From IMG/VR virus record IMGVR_UViG_3300033571_011534, positions 1-64,000 of that record: 64,000 nucleotides of DNA; one strand, written 5' to 3'. Source of the stretch: a virus. The notes beneath the pieces were generated by a model, which did not search any database, had not been told where the DNA came from, and saw only the letters and a list, made by a program, of their open reading frames with translations. Of the stretch, positions 30,542-39,979 are shown in pieces (within the stretch, counting starts at the first letter, position 1; the number at the start of each line of letters is the position of its first letter). The translations under genes were made by a program, and so were the position numbers.

Positions 30542-31419
30542 TACCCAATCTCCTTCACTACCGCCTGAATGGTGTAACTAGCAGACTGCCCATCAAAGGT
30601 TATTGTCTCTGATGACAAGTTTTCAAGAACATAGGTCAACAGAGATCCCTCTGGTGCGGTTACGCTATCGACATAGTGTATCTGTGGCACAGAAATTCCA
30701 TCAAAATAAAATGAGCCTAGTAGAGTGGGGGATTGCTCTGAGTTAATAAATCTTCTCAAGCCAATGTTACCTTGAGCTGACTGAAGAGCCTTTCCAAAAA
30801 CAAAAGAAACCTCTACTTTTGAATTATCTTTTGTTGTAGTAATTGCTGGCGCTAGAGGGACAAGTGCTCCTGAATTTTGATATCCAAAAACTGGAGCAAT
30901 ACCTAGACCAGCAGCCGTTACGGAATCAAGTCCGACAATACTAATTGATTGGCCAGTAAGGTTCACTACGCTAATTGCTCCTGCAGATGAAGAAGATCCA
31001 GAGGCGACTGTTTTCCACGTCTCGTCTGCTGCATCATAAACTTTGATTTCTTTTGTTGAGCTATTTACCCACAAAAGACCGTTTTCTTCAGCCGATGGCT
31101 GAGATTCTTGATAATATGCTACAAAAAAGTTTTCGTATATTGGGGCATTTGAGTTTGCGTCTACCCAAATAGCACCGTCCACTTTGCTTGATGGCTCATT
31201 TGGTGAGTAGGCAGATCCAATTCCGAGCTGCTCCAAAGTCTGCAGCCTTAGGTTTGCTGATTGGAGGTGGCCAGCAACGGAATTAGGGATTACCTGGCTA
31301 ACATTAGATGGAACTGTTTTAGTTCCATAATGGAAAATCTTCAAGGCATCCTGAATGTTTGCGTTTTCAGAAAGGCTTGGTACTTGTGTCGAGAATATTG
31401 GTCCGATTGATTCTGGCAT
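30541..31419 (-). CDS. Virion structural protein
   Basis: GAIWVD/GLLWVN repeats typical of fibre proteins. Confidence 0.55.
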   Translation of the reverse strand: MPESIGPIFSTQVPSLSENANIQDALKIFHYGTKTVPSNVSQVIPNSVAGHLQSANLRLQTLEQLGIGSAYSPNEPSSKVDGAIWVDANSNAPIYENFFVAYYQESQPSAEENGLLWVNSSTKEIKVYDAADETWKTVASGSSSSAGAISVVNLTGQSISIVGLDSVTAAGLGIAPVFGYQNSGALVPLAPAITTTKDNSKVEVSFVFGKALQSAQGNIGLRRFINSEQSPTLLGSFYFDGISVPQIHYVDSVTAPEGSLLTYVLENLSSETITFDGQSASYTIQAVVKEIG

Positions 31420-31461
31420 AGTTTTTTATCACCAGGATTATTGTATCATAATACTATTAAA

Positions 31462-32220
31462 TTATGACTCTTCATCTGGCTGCTCAGAGGTATTTCCAAT
31501 ATTTGCAGTCACAACAATGTTTAGGCTTCTAATGCCAGTAAGTGGTGCCCATGACACAACTGGAAGCTGGGTCTGTGGGTTAATGGTCGTAGTTGCCTCT
31601 ACCGCACTAATAAGAACTGGCAAGAAAATTGTTCCCTGAACCTCATTGGCCAAAATTGGGCCTAGAGATATTGAACTTGAAATTGGGTTATTTACAATTC
31701 CAGTTCCCTGTGGATTATTTATTGGGTCAAAAAGCTCTGGATCGTTTTTTGACAAAATGCTGTACTGGACGTTAAAGTTTTCAGAGTTTACGAGTCCGAG
31801 TTCATCGAGGGAAAAGAAGTCATTTAGAGGAAAAATAAGTCCTGGAAGCTTTTGATTACCAACTGTACGAACCGCCTGACCATTAAGAAATTCTACGTCA
31901 ATATTTGCAATTGCGGTATTTGGAATAAGCCTTAAAATTCTTTCCCATACAGCAACTCCATTAACATTCTGATACTGATATAGGAACAAGTACTCATTGT
32001 CTGATGGCTTCAAATTAATGTAAAAATCAAAAATTTGTGGAGTAGAGTTTGTTGGCTGAGATGGAGAAGCAATAATCACATTCGGATCTGTTGGCTTTCC
32101 GTCTCCCCTAAAGATATACGTTCCTCTTGATCCTGGTGGGCCATAGTCAAGAGAGATGTCTAATAATGATGGGCCACCTAGAACTGACAGCTGATTATTA
32201 GAAAATACAACTTCTGTCAT
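31462..32220 (-). CDS. Virion structural protein
   Basis: ORF track; DYGPPGSRG motif; structural operon. Confidence 0.55.
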   Translation of the reverse strand: MTEVVFSNNQLSVLGGPSLLDISLDYGPPGSRGTYIFRGDGKPTDPNVIIASPSQPTNSTPQIFDFYINLKPSDNEYLFLYQYQNVNGVAVWERILRLIPNTAIANIDVEFLNGQAVRTVGNQKLPGLIFPLNDFFSLDELGLVNSENFNVQYSILSKNDPELFDPINNPQGTGIVNNPISSSISLGPILANEVQGTIFLPVLISAVEATTTINPQTQLPVVSWAPLTGIRSLNIVVTANIGNTSEQPDEES

Positions 32221-32222
32221 AG

Positions 32223-32594
32223 TTATGCCCCAGTTACTTGCTCTTCAACGGAAATAGTCCCAGTTAGCAACGTGTAAACCTTGTTGTATGGAGTATCTGT
32301 CTTATTTATCTCAACGTCATAGAAGTAATCTTTTGATGCGTCTAGAGCGTTACCGTCATTTGGTCTAATAGCGCAGGTAATGTGAGTTCTGTCCAAAGAA
32401 ATCTCTGCATAGGCCTCAACCTTGCTTGTACGTCCTGGAAGCCCTCTTTCTGCCGAAATAGTAAACTTCACACCGTTGAGTCTGTCGTATCCATCCAAGC
32501 TAAACGATTGACCGTTATTCTGCTTTGGGTAGATTTTAAACTCATACGTGTCGCCACGGTAATAGTTAATATTAAGATTAGCTGGAAATGCCAT
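32223..32594 (-). CDS. Tail/baseplate adaptor-like protein
   Basis: YRGDT.EF...YFYDVEI...LLTGTI; leaderless. Confidence 0.55.
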   Translation of the reverse strand: MAFPANLNINYYRGDTYEFKIYPKQNNGQSFSLDGYDRLNGVKFTISAERGLPGRTSKVEAYAEISLDRTHITCAIRPNDGNALDASKDYFYDVEINKTDTPYNKVYTLLTGTISVEEQVTGA

Positions 32595-32611
32595 AGCCTT
32601 ATTATAGCATG

Positions 32612-33319
32612 CTACATGACAAAAACTGTAAAACTTTTAACTTTTAGTAGACAATCGTAGTCTGAACGAATCTGGACAAATATTCCGTTTTGCCTTTGAA
32701 TTGCCTTTTCGACTATCATCGTATGCTCAATAGAGATTCCATAAGTATGTGGGTACTTTAAGCTTGCAGCAAAGGTAGATTGTTCGATTTCAGTCATAGT
32801 GCTTTTGCACCAAATCTCTGTATTTGGCATTAAGCTTTCTACCTCAAAATCGTAAACGACCTTTACCAAAGCGCCAATATTTAGCCCTTTTAGGTTTATT
32901 AGCTTAGAGTTAGAGTTATACAGTGTTCCAGCGTTTTCTGGTAAGTATTCCTCAATTTTGCTACTAACATCAACTGATACCTTTACCCAGCCATCTTTTC
33001 CCTGATCAGCTCCTAGTCTATAGGTTTTACTGCCAGAGTCATAGTATTTGGCAAATCCTGGATTTTGATTGTTTTTTAGAATAAACGGGCTTCCGTCTTT
33101 TCCATTTGCTCCTGGCTTTCCAGGTTGTCCTGCATCACCCTTTGGACCAGTGTCTCCTTTTGGTCCAGGATCTCCCTTAGGACCTTGGTCGCCTTTTGGA
33201 CCAGCTGGGCCAGGAACAGAAATAAATCCTTCCTGTCTTTGTATTGGGGTATTCTGGACTAATTCAGCATATCTATTCTTAGACTCTACTGGAAAGGACA
33301 TATTCTTAGATAAGGCCAA
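32612..33319 (-). CDS. Collagen-like structural protein
   Basis: GPKGD repeats. Confidence 0.7.
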   Translation of the reverse strand: MALSKNMSFPVESKNRYAELVQNTPIQRQEGFISVPGPAGPKGDQGPKGDPGPKGDTGPKGDAGQPGKPGANGKDGSPFILKNNQNPGFAKYYDSGSKTYRLGADQGKDGWVKVSVDVSSKIEEYLPENAGTLYNSNSKLINLKGLNIGALVKVVYDFEVESLMPNTEIWCKSTMTEIEQSTFAASLKYPHTYGISIEHTMIVEKAIQRQNGIFVQIRSDYDCLLKVKSFTVFVM

Positions 33320-33330
33320 CTATGCTCTCC

Positions 33331-33417
33331 CTATTTTTTTACTGGAAACGACTTTCCGTTAATCTTTACTACTGATGGTAAATTCTTAGGTGTATTGCTA
33401 ACTCTGATAACTGGCAT
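33331..33417 (-). CDS. Very small protein (28 aa)
   Basis: MPVIRVSNTPKNLPSVVKINGKSFPVKK, overlaps upstream stop; below ORF-track cutoff. Confidence 0.5.
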   Translation of the reverse strand: MPVIRVSNTPKNLPSVVKINGKSFPVKK

Positions 33418-33800
33418 TATAGTGATCCTGTAGTTACATCACTTAAAACCTTGATGGTTCCAATAACTGGTGTCCAAATAGATCCATCTTCTAGTGTTAC
33501 CTGTAGGTCAAATGGCAATTCTGCTACCGTTTTTGCAAATCCTATTCCCCAGGACTCTGTTATTTCAGGAGAGGCAATAATGTCGACATATCCAGAAAAG
33601 ACCTGAACCTCTAGTTCATCCAAGAAGTCTCCTCTTAGGTCATAGGAGGTAGCGGCAAAGGTCCAGGAAGAGGTGTTAAACTTAGTAACTTCGTCATCTT
33701 CAAGGAATTCAATCCTGATAGAAGAACTATCTCCTCTTACAACTTGCCAGGTAACATTGGCTGGATCGGCACCAAAAACTTCGGGGACACATAGACTCAT
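33417..33800 (-). CDS. Tail/baseplate adaptor-like protein
   Basis: WQVVRGDS...FDLQV...GTIKV. Confidence 0.55.
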   Translation of the reverse strand: MSLCVPEVFGADPANVTWQVVRGDSSSIRIEFLEDDEVTKFNTSSWTFAATSYDLRGDFLDELEVQVFSGYVDIIASPEITESWGIGFAKTVAELPFDLQVTLEDGSIWTPVIGTIKVLSDVTTGSL

Positions 33801-33825
33801 AATACTATTATTATACCTCCATATA

Positions 33826-33877
33826 AAAGAACTAGCATCCAGGATGGTGGGTATGAGAACAGCCTGAATGCTAGTTG
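33826..33877 (-). ncRNA. Candidate ~50-nt stand-alone hairpin RNA
   Basis: TGTTATAAT -10 immediately upstream; 14-bp stem, 19-nt C/U-rich loop, then CUUUU. Confidence 0.5.
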
Positions 33878-33997
33878 TTTAAATTATAACATATAGATAA
33901 CATTGGCATAAAAAACACTATATATAGTAGTTACCAAATTGTTATGAAATCTTTATAAAAACGTAATAAAAAATATCGTTTGTTTCTGCTATAATCC

Positions 33998-34070
33998 TAT
34001 ATATATAATATATATAAATATATATAATATATTAATATTAAGTATATATTAATAATTAATATATAATAAT
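33998..34070. other. AT-only tract (one G in ~73 nt); candidate unwinding element
   Basis: TATATATATAATATATATAAAT...; intergenic. Confidence 0.6.
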
Positions 34071-34077
34071 CGGTTTT

Positions 34078-34413
34078 TTACTTTTTGTCAAAATGATTTA
34101 GAAGTGCCTCGAAAAGTTTATCAATTTTTTCTTCTAATCTAAAACTATCTTTTTTAAGATCTTTTACATCTTGGTCAATTTTATTGATTTTATTATAGAT
34201 TTCTTTGTGGTCTGATTCCATTTTATTTACCTGGTCCTTTAAGCTTGAACCTCCATTAGGCTTTAATTCCTTGGCCACATTAGTAATCTCGTCTTTAATG
34301 AAAACGGTAAATTTTTTGTGGATTTTGTAGACAATTGTTGACGCCAGCGTAATCAGGGTAAGAATTCCAACAGTTAGGGGCACGTAAGTTTGTAGCCATT
34401 CAACAAGAGTCAT
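34078..34413 (-). CDS. Membrane-anchored coiled-coil protein (possible holin-like/lysis accessory)
   Basis: N-terminal TM; ELKPNGGSSLKDQV motif. Confidence 0.55.
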   Translation of the reverse strand: MTLVEWLQTYVPLTVGILTLITLASTIVYKIHKKFTVFIKDEITNVAKELKPNGGSSLKDQVNKMESDHKEIYNKINKIDQDVKDLKKDSFRLEEKIDKLFEALLNHFDKK

Positions 34414-34480
34414 ATCTATAATTATATTGTTTTTTTAAACATTTTTGCGCATGGTATAATTTATTTCTAGGAGAAAAACT

Positions 34481-35119
34481 ATGTCGGTTCAGGTTATTGA
34501 TAGCTACATTTCGGATTACGATGCAAGGATGATCATCGATGGATTTTCTCCGCACCTGGTAGCCAGCGGCCGAATTGGTATGGCTGAGGCTCAGTACGCA
34601 GATCCAGTTAAGGCGATTAACAACATTTACGAAGGTAAGCCGATTATTGACAATGAGGAGTCACTTGAGGCTGCAGCACTTTTTACAGAAACTGTTAACA
34701 AGATCGCAAAAGAGATCAGCGAATTTTACAACGTAGAGGCAGTGCCTGCAAGCTCGATTTTTGCAGAGGTTTCTCAAGGCGGTAAAAATGGACTTCACTG
34801 CGATAGTGTCATGATAGACGGCACTCCGTGGCCAGATAATGACGATACACTGGATGGTCTTGAGTTTTCGGCATTATTGTATTTAAATACTTCGGGGGTA
34901 GATTACGAAGGCGGTCAAATCGTATTTCCAAATCAAAAGATCACGATAACGCCAGAAGTCGGTAAATTGATTTTCTTTCGGGGCGATATTGATCACCCAC
35001 ATGAAGTTTCCGAAGTAACCGCAGGCACAAGATATGCATTAGTTTTGTTTTATGGCTCCGCTGATAAAGTAAAGCAATATCAGAGATTTAAGTCAAAGCT
35101 CAATTTCGGCGGTATATAG
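34481..35119 (+). CDS. 2OG-Fe(II) oxygenase
   Basis: HCD...YLN..DYEGG...HEV...RY. Confidence 0.88.
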   Translation: MSVQVIDSYISDYDARMIIDGFSPHLVASGRIGMAEAQYADPVKAINNIYEGKPIIDNEESLEAAALFTETVNKIAKEISEFYNVEAVPASSIFAEVSQGGKNGLHCDSVMIDGTPWPDNDDTLDGLEFSALLYLNTSGVDYEGGQIVFPNQKITITPEVGKLIFFRGDIDHPHEVSEVTAGTRYALVLFYGSADKVKQYQRFKSKLNFGGI

Positions 35120-35203
35120 AGATACCATAACCACCATACAGTAAAACCCTGTAATATGGTTATTTGCACTAAAAAGCCTGACATGCTATAATATTAAGAC
35201 AAG

Positions 35204-35413
35204 GTGGGTTATATGTCTAAAGATGTACGATTTATAGACCTTTTCGATCCTAATCAGCCTAGGAGCGATAGAGAGCTAATCGAGTACAGGCTTAGTATCT
35301 GTAATCAATGTCCCTGGTTTAATAAAAACCTAGCCAAATGTAAAAAGTGCGGGTGTTTTATGAAGCTAAAAAGTACACTACAACAAGCTAAATGTCCAAT
35401 AGATAGGTGGTAA
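35204..35413 (+). CDS. Small Cys-rich protein (DUF6171-like)
   Basis: RLSICNQCP...CKKCGCFMKLK...CP..RW; start may be ATG 35213. Confidence 0.65.
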   Translation: MGYMSKDVRFIDLFDPNQPRSDRELIEYRLSICNQCPWFNKNLAKCKKCGCFMKLKSTLQQAKCPIDRW

Positions 35414-35601
35414 AAGTGACTAGAGAAGAAATTGTACAGAAGATGGTTGAAATTGCAGAAGCATTTAACCTACAGGCTATGGAAGCAGCTAATCTTCCAA
35501 CAGACCAAGCAGAACAGATGGCTGCACAGGTTAGGCCACAGTTGTATACAATCCAAGGCGAGATTTATGATACCCTCGTCGAAGATGGAGTTATTCAGTA
35601 A
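35407..35601 (+). CDS. Hypothetical protein
   Basis: ORF track. Confidence 0.55.
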   Translation: MVKVTREEIVQKMVEIAEAFNLQAMEAANLPTDQAEQMAAQVRPQLYTIQGEIYDTLVEDGVIQ

Positions 35602-35697
35602 TTCTTATTAAGATGGATTCTGTGGAGTCTTGCAAGGACACTTGTCATTACAGCCACATGCCATCTTGTGCTTAATAATCAACATAGGAGTATTATA

Positions 35698-35895
35698 ATG
35701 CAAAAATTTTATTTTAGACCAAACCTTGATATAGTCAAGGAAAGATACCTTCACAATGCTGGATTTGAGTATAAGGTTCCAGCTGATGTCTTTAATGCTT
35801 TGTTAGTTGTAGAAGCAGAAGATCTGGATACCGCCAAAGAAATCAGGATAGGTATTACCGATATCGATATGTGGGAGCAAGTAGATAGCGAATAG
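35698..35895 (+). CDS. Hypothetical protein
   Basis: AGGAG SD before MQKFYF. Confidence 0.6.
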   Translation: MQKFYFRPNLDIVKERYLHNAGFEYKVPADVFNALLVVEAEDLDTAKEIRIGITDIDMWEQVDSE

Positions 35896-36078
35896 TCCGT
35901 TATCATTTTGTTATAATTAATACCCGCTGAAATCTGAAAAAATTTTCAAATTGACAAAAATCTGAATATTTTTTAACTATGTACGATACACGATCTTGCA
36001 AAAAAAATAAAAAAGCATAGTGAGCACACACGTACCCGTACGCCTTCTTACATTTTTTATGAGACTGGTGCCTGCTTT

Positions 36079-36294
36079 CTATTTTAGAATAGAAAGACTA
36101 GCTAATGCATCTTCTACATTGTCAAACATTGCAGTAAAAGCATCTAGTGATTTTTGCTTTCGCAATTCACCACACACTTTCAAATCGTGATTAGCTTTCC
36201 ATTTTTTAGCATCTAGGTAGTAGCTCAAAAAAGTTTCTTGTTCGTATTCACAATTTGAGCAACGAGTCTTGCGATACATTGTTGTTTTAGTCAT
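36079..36294 (-). CDS. Small early protein (CxxC)
   Basis: ORF track; AAAGGA RBS. Confidence 0.6.
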   Translation of the reverse strand: MTKTTMYRKTRCSNCEYEQETFLSYYLDAKKWKANHDLKVCGELRKQKSLDAFTAMFDNVEDALASLSILK

Positions 36295-36393
36295 TTAGTT
36301 ATTTTCCTTTTCATTTAGAGAGATTGTTAGTTGAGTGATTGAAGAGATTGCGTTATCGAACTCTTCCCAAGTTTCGAATGTTAGGGTAATCAT
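36295..36393 (-). CDS. Very small early protein (32 aa)
   Basis: MITLTFETWEEFDNAISS...; fills gap exactly between neighbours. Confidence 0.5.
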   Translation of the reverse strand: MITLTFETWEEFDNAISSITQLTISLNEKENN

Positions 36394-36591
36394 TTATTCA
36401 CCGTCCCAACAAGTGTTCCAGTCAGTTTCGCAAGGCTCCCAATACTGAAAGCTTGAGCAGAAAGCGCAACCTGCGAACTTATCGTGCTTGATACAGTAAG
36501 CCCTATCCTGGTATTCATCACAACAGCGGAATAGGTCATCACCGCTTAGGGTGTAGTAGTAATCACTTACCTTGAACATTGTTTGAGTCAT
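36394..36591 (-). CDS. Small Cys-rich early protein
   Basis: AGAAAGGAT RBS; ORF track. Confidence 0.6.
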   Translation of the reverse strand: MTQTMFKVSDYYYTLSGDDLFRCCDEYQDRAYCIKHDKFAGCAFCSSFQYWEPCETDWNTCWDGE

Positions 36592-36617
36592 AATTATCCT
36601 TTCTAAACTCTAGGTTT

Positions 36618-36665
36618 TTATTTGCTAGGCTCATACCGCTAAGGGTCTTATTTGCTAGGCTCATA
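36618..36665. repeat. 18-bp direct repeat TTATTTGCTAGGCTCATA x2
   Basis: 36618-36635 and 36648-36665. Confidence 0.9.
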
Positions 36666-36788
36666 ACCTTTTTTTTCTTATTTATTTATCTTGCTTTTAG
36701 CCTAACACGAACCTACGACATTTATACCCCTTTTTCTAGCCTTTTTGATACAAACTTTAGACTAATTTTTTGTAGGGTATCTACAAAG

Positions 36789-36818
36789 TTATCCACAGGC
36801 ATAGAATAGTTATCCACA
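36789..36818 (+). promoter_or_regulatory. Two perfect DnaA boxes (TTATCCACA)
   Basis: 36789-36797 and 36810-36818, 21 bp apart. Confidence 0.7.
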
Positions 36819-36972
36819 GGTGCGCCGAGGCCCTATATCTAGTAGTACTAATTAAGTTACGATACTAGATCTAGATCTCCCAGAATTATAACAAAATGAT
36901 AACAACAACGGCGTGTCGCTTGATAAATGTCGTAGGGTTGTGGTAGGTTGTTAGTAGTTAGAAAGGATAGAA

Positions 36973-37197
36973 ATGAATAACGAACTATTTGAGAAATTGG
37001 TATCACTAAAGACTGATACTCATACCGCTAGGTTTAGCGATGATGGCTCTGCCGTCAAACACGATGAAGAAAAATACCAAAAGGCTTTGGCTAGTCAAAA
37101 CGACTTTACTGATGAAGAGATAACAGCGGAGAGTGTTCGCCGTTGGAACCTGATGATACAGAAAATGAACGAGGCATACCAAGCCAAAATGTCCTAG
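36973..37197 (+). CDS. Small early protein
   Basis: AGAAAGGAT RBS; motif promoter upstream. Confidence 0.7.
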   Translation: MNNELFEKLVSLKTDTHTARFSDDGSAVKHDEEKYQKALASQNDFTDEEITAESVRRWNLMIQKMNEAYQAKMS

Positions 37198-37232
37198 GGT
37201 TATGCTAGGCTAATTTTAGAAAGAAGGAAAAA

Positions 37233-37412
37233 ATGGAAGAAAAAATCTGTGTATTTTGTATGAACCTAGTCAATGACTATGTATGCTTTGAGTGTGATGA
37301 CTACAAGGGTCTAATGCCACTAAAGGAAGCTGAGAGCTATCTAGGTGAGGACTTCCCTGAAGAGTACCGCCAACCAATGGCTATCTATGGGCAGAGGCTC
37401 TACTGGCAATAA
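37233..37412 (+). CDS. Small Cys-rich early protein (CxxC..CxxC)
   Basis: MEEKICVFC...CFEC; RBS and motif promoter. Confidence 0.65.
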   Translation: MEEKICVFCMNLVNDYVCFECDDYKGLMPLKEAESYLGEDFPEEYRQPMAIYGQRLYWQ

Positions 37413-37458
37413 ATGTCAGAGGGTCATGCTAGGTTATAAGTAATTAGAAAGGATAAAG

Positions 37459-37632
37459 ATGTACTACAACAGAGAAGCCCACCAACTACTAGAGGACACC
37501 CTAAAGGTTCTTCAGGCTAAAAGAAAACACGCCTACCCATACATGGTTGGACTACTAATGCCAAATGTTCCTTTGACAGAGGCTAAGAGAATTGCTAAGA
37601 TTGTAGAAGAAATGGAGAGTGAAAATGACTGA
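37459..37632 (+). CDS. Small early protein
   Basis: AGAAAGGATAAA RBS; MYYNREAHQLL. Confidence 0.65.
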   Translation: MYYNREAHQLLEDTLKVLQAKRKHAYPYMVGLLMPNVPLTEAKRIAKIVEEMESEND

Positions 37633-37801
37633 GGAAGATTTCGATGATTGGCTAGATGATGTTTATCCAACTTATCAAATTGCGGGGGTAGAGTTGCGTC
37701 CCTCACAAATGCTAAAGAACTGCGACCCTATCGCATACAGAATTGCGATGTCAGAATGTGAAGATAGAGAAGAGGAATGGAATGGCTACTTTGACAACTG
37801 A
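37625..37801 (+). CDS. Small acidic early protein
   Basis: FDDWLDDVYP...PSQMLKNCDPIAYR. Confidence 0.65.
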   Translation: MTEEDFDDWLDDVYPTYQIAGVELRPSQMLKNCDPIAYRIAMSECEDREEEWNGYFDN

Positions 37802-38021
37802 AGAACTAGAAACCCTAATTTTTCAAATTGACCTAATGCTATCTGATGACAAAATGTCTGAGGGTGTTGGTAGTCTTTTTACAACAAGAGAGGATAACTA
37901 AATGATTTTTTATAACGGATTCAATCTAATGATTGATTTGATTTTGGTTGCTGTTGTGTATGTTGTTGCTCACGGAATTGGATACCGCAAAGGCTTAGAC
38001 AAAAACAAAACACCATTTTAG
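37782..38021 (+). CDS. Two tiny ORFs (37782-37901; 37902-38021, hydrophobic)
   Basis: Abutting 39-aa ORFs with GAGGA RBSs. Confidence 0.5.
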
Positions 38022-38165
38022 CAACACGCCAAAGCCAGGGCTTGACAATTCTGGTTTTTTGGGCCGAGGCGATCTGATCGGGCCCCAAATTTTGTTTACG
38101 AAGATGTTTACGAAATTCCCAAAAAATCTCCCAAAAATGTCAGAGGGTCAATGTATAATAAGGCT

Positions 38166-38615
38166 ATGAAACTAGGAAAAGCTAATGAATCAAGACGCAA
38201 GGCGGAAAGTCAAGAACTATTCCGCAACTTACTAAAAGCTCCTCACCTAGTTTCTACCCCTCAAAAATACAAGGGTAGCCGTCAGTCTAACAAGACTAAC
38301 GCTATCAAGGAAAGTAGAGCAAGTGAGTAATTATAACTGTTGGGACTGTAATAAACTAACTAGACACTTATTCGAATACAGAACAATAAATGTCTGTGCC
38401 TCATGCTATGCTATTAGAGTTGGACACCCCTCAGCAAGAAAGTTGGTAAAGTAATGGGAAAGTATTCTGTTGGCTATGACGGTTTCGTTATCGTCAATGC
38501 TAAGAATGAGGAAGAGGCCTATAACAAGGCTAACAAGTATCTAAGCAAGACTAACCTTATCAATGATGGTGATGAGGGTGAATGGTATCTTACTGAAGCG
38601 GAAGAGATAAAGTAA
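38166..38615 (+). CDS. Three small overlapping ORFs (38166-38330, 38323-38454, 38454-38615)
   Basis: Leaderless first start; translational coupling. Confidence 0.55.
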
Positions 38616-38917
38616 TGGGAAGAATGACGGCCATGTCAATTGCAGAGACAGATGTATCACTAGAGCAACAACTAGCCTGGCACCTTCAAGGGAATCACTA
38701 TCCACCAATTCCAAAAGCAATGGTTCAACCCTGCATAGACGCTATTGACGCTTATTGGGAAGAGGACTATGACAGACTAATCCAATTGCCAATTGATGGC
38801 TTAGACCGTAATGGAGAGCCATTCCAAATTAGATGGCGTGATGGCTCAGACAAGGCCCCTGCATGGGCATTAGTTGAACACGCTCACCTTGACAGTTGGC
38901 TGCCTGAAATAGAATAA
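38615..38917 (+). CDS. Hypothetical protein
   Basis: WHLQGNHYPP motif; TAATG coupling. Confidence 0.7.
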   Translation: MGRMTAMSIAETDVSLEQQLAWHLQGNHYPPIPKAMVQPCIDAIDAYWEEDYDRLIQLPIDGLDRNGEPFQIRWRDGSDKAPAWALVEHAHLDSWLPEIE

Positions 38918-38961
38918 ATGTCAGACGTCGTCTGTATAATTGTCTAAGAAAGGATACCCCA

Positions 38962-39681
38962 ATGCCCCTAATACGTTCAAAAGATAGAAAGGTAACAAAT
39001 GCTGTATCTCCGAATGGTAAGTCGCCCACTATTGCTAACACCTTTGGGCTTCCGTCTGGTAAAGCGTTTTCCTGCCCTGGAGCGACTAGTGTATGCGAGA
39101 AAGTCTGCTACGCTGGCAAGCTTGAGAAAATCTACAAGGGAGTAAAAGACGTTCTTCTAAACAATTGGGACCTGCTACGTAATGCAGACCAATTGGAGAT
39201 GGAAGCGCTACTTTACCAAATGATAGATGAGTTTGATAAAGACTGTAACAAGCGCAATGCAGAAAAGCTGTTTCGAATTCACTGGGATGGAGACTTCTTC
39301 AATGAGACTTACACTCACGCTTGGAAGAATGTAATCAAGGCTTGGCCTAGCATTCAATTCTGGGTATACACTCGTTCAGACTTTTCGGTACCTATTCTTA
39401 GCGATGTTGACAACCTTAGCCTGTACTTCTCAACTGATGATGACAACTGGCAGCTGGCTAGTAAGTTGAAGCAAGAGACTGGCGTCAAGCTTGCATACCT
39501 TGCCAATAACTTTGCAATGGGTAAAGAGCGGATGTTGTCTATAACACCTAAGTCTGCAATTCCTTGTCCTGAGAATGCTAAGAAACTTCCGCTAATCAGT
39601 GACAAGGGCTCCGCCTGCGTAACTTGCGGACAGTGTGTGTTCGCTCGCAATGACATTTTATTTAGCGCTAGCAAAAAGTAA
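38962..39681 (+). CDS. Gp88-like (radical-SAM-like Cys motif) protein
   Basis: FGLPSG..SCPGAT.VCEKVCYA; FRIHWDGDF; FWVYTR; C-terminal Cys cluster. Confidence 0.75.
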   Translation: MPLIRSKDRKVTNAVSPNGKSPTIANTFGLPSGKAFSCPGATSVCEKVCYAGKLEKIYKGVKDVLLNNWDLLRNADQLEMEALLYQMIDEFDKDCNKRNAEKLFRIHWDGDFFNETYTHAWKNVIKAWPSIQFWVYTRSDFSVPILSDVDNLSLYFSTDDDNWQLASKLKQETGVKLAYLANNFAMGKERMLSITPKSAIPCPENAKKLPLISDKGSACVTCGQCVFARNDILFSASKK

Positions 39682-39800
39682 GGAGATGAGGTAAAATATA
39701 CCATGGACGCATTTTATATCATAACTATTTTACTTCTTATGTCTCTATTGCTAGTCTCTACTAATCGAAAATAGACTCATGCTATAGGGGCATGTAAACT

Positions 39801-39836
39801 GTAGGGATCTTCTTACATCCTTTCTTAGGTCCTTAC
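39801..39836 (+). ncRNA. Hairpin with anti-RBS loop (UCUUACAUCCUUUCUU)
   Basis: 10-bp stem with 2 G-U pairs. Confidence 0.55.
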
Positions 39837-39864
39837 CGTCCTGGCTACGACGTAAAACTGGCCA
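39837..39864 (+). ncRNA. H-type pseudoknot motif, copy 1
   Basis: CGTC-CTGGCTAC-GACG-TAAAAC-TGGCCA. Confidence 0.55.
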
Positions 39865-39979
39865 CAATCTGGGCCGAGGGCTTTATAACAAAATAATAAA
39901 GATTTAAGATCCTTTACGACACGCTCCCAAAATGTCGTAGGGTTGGTGTATAGTAATACTACCTAACAGAAAGTAGAGT

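Noticed and set aside
36910-39925. GACAC (WhiA/WhiB-type) boxes near early promoters (GGCGTGTC 36910, CGACACGC 39917)
   Set aside because: Only two copies in opposite orientations; a 5-mer is too short to support.
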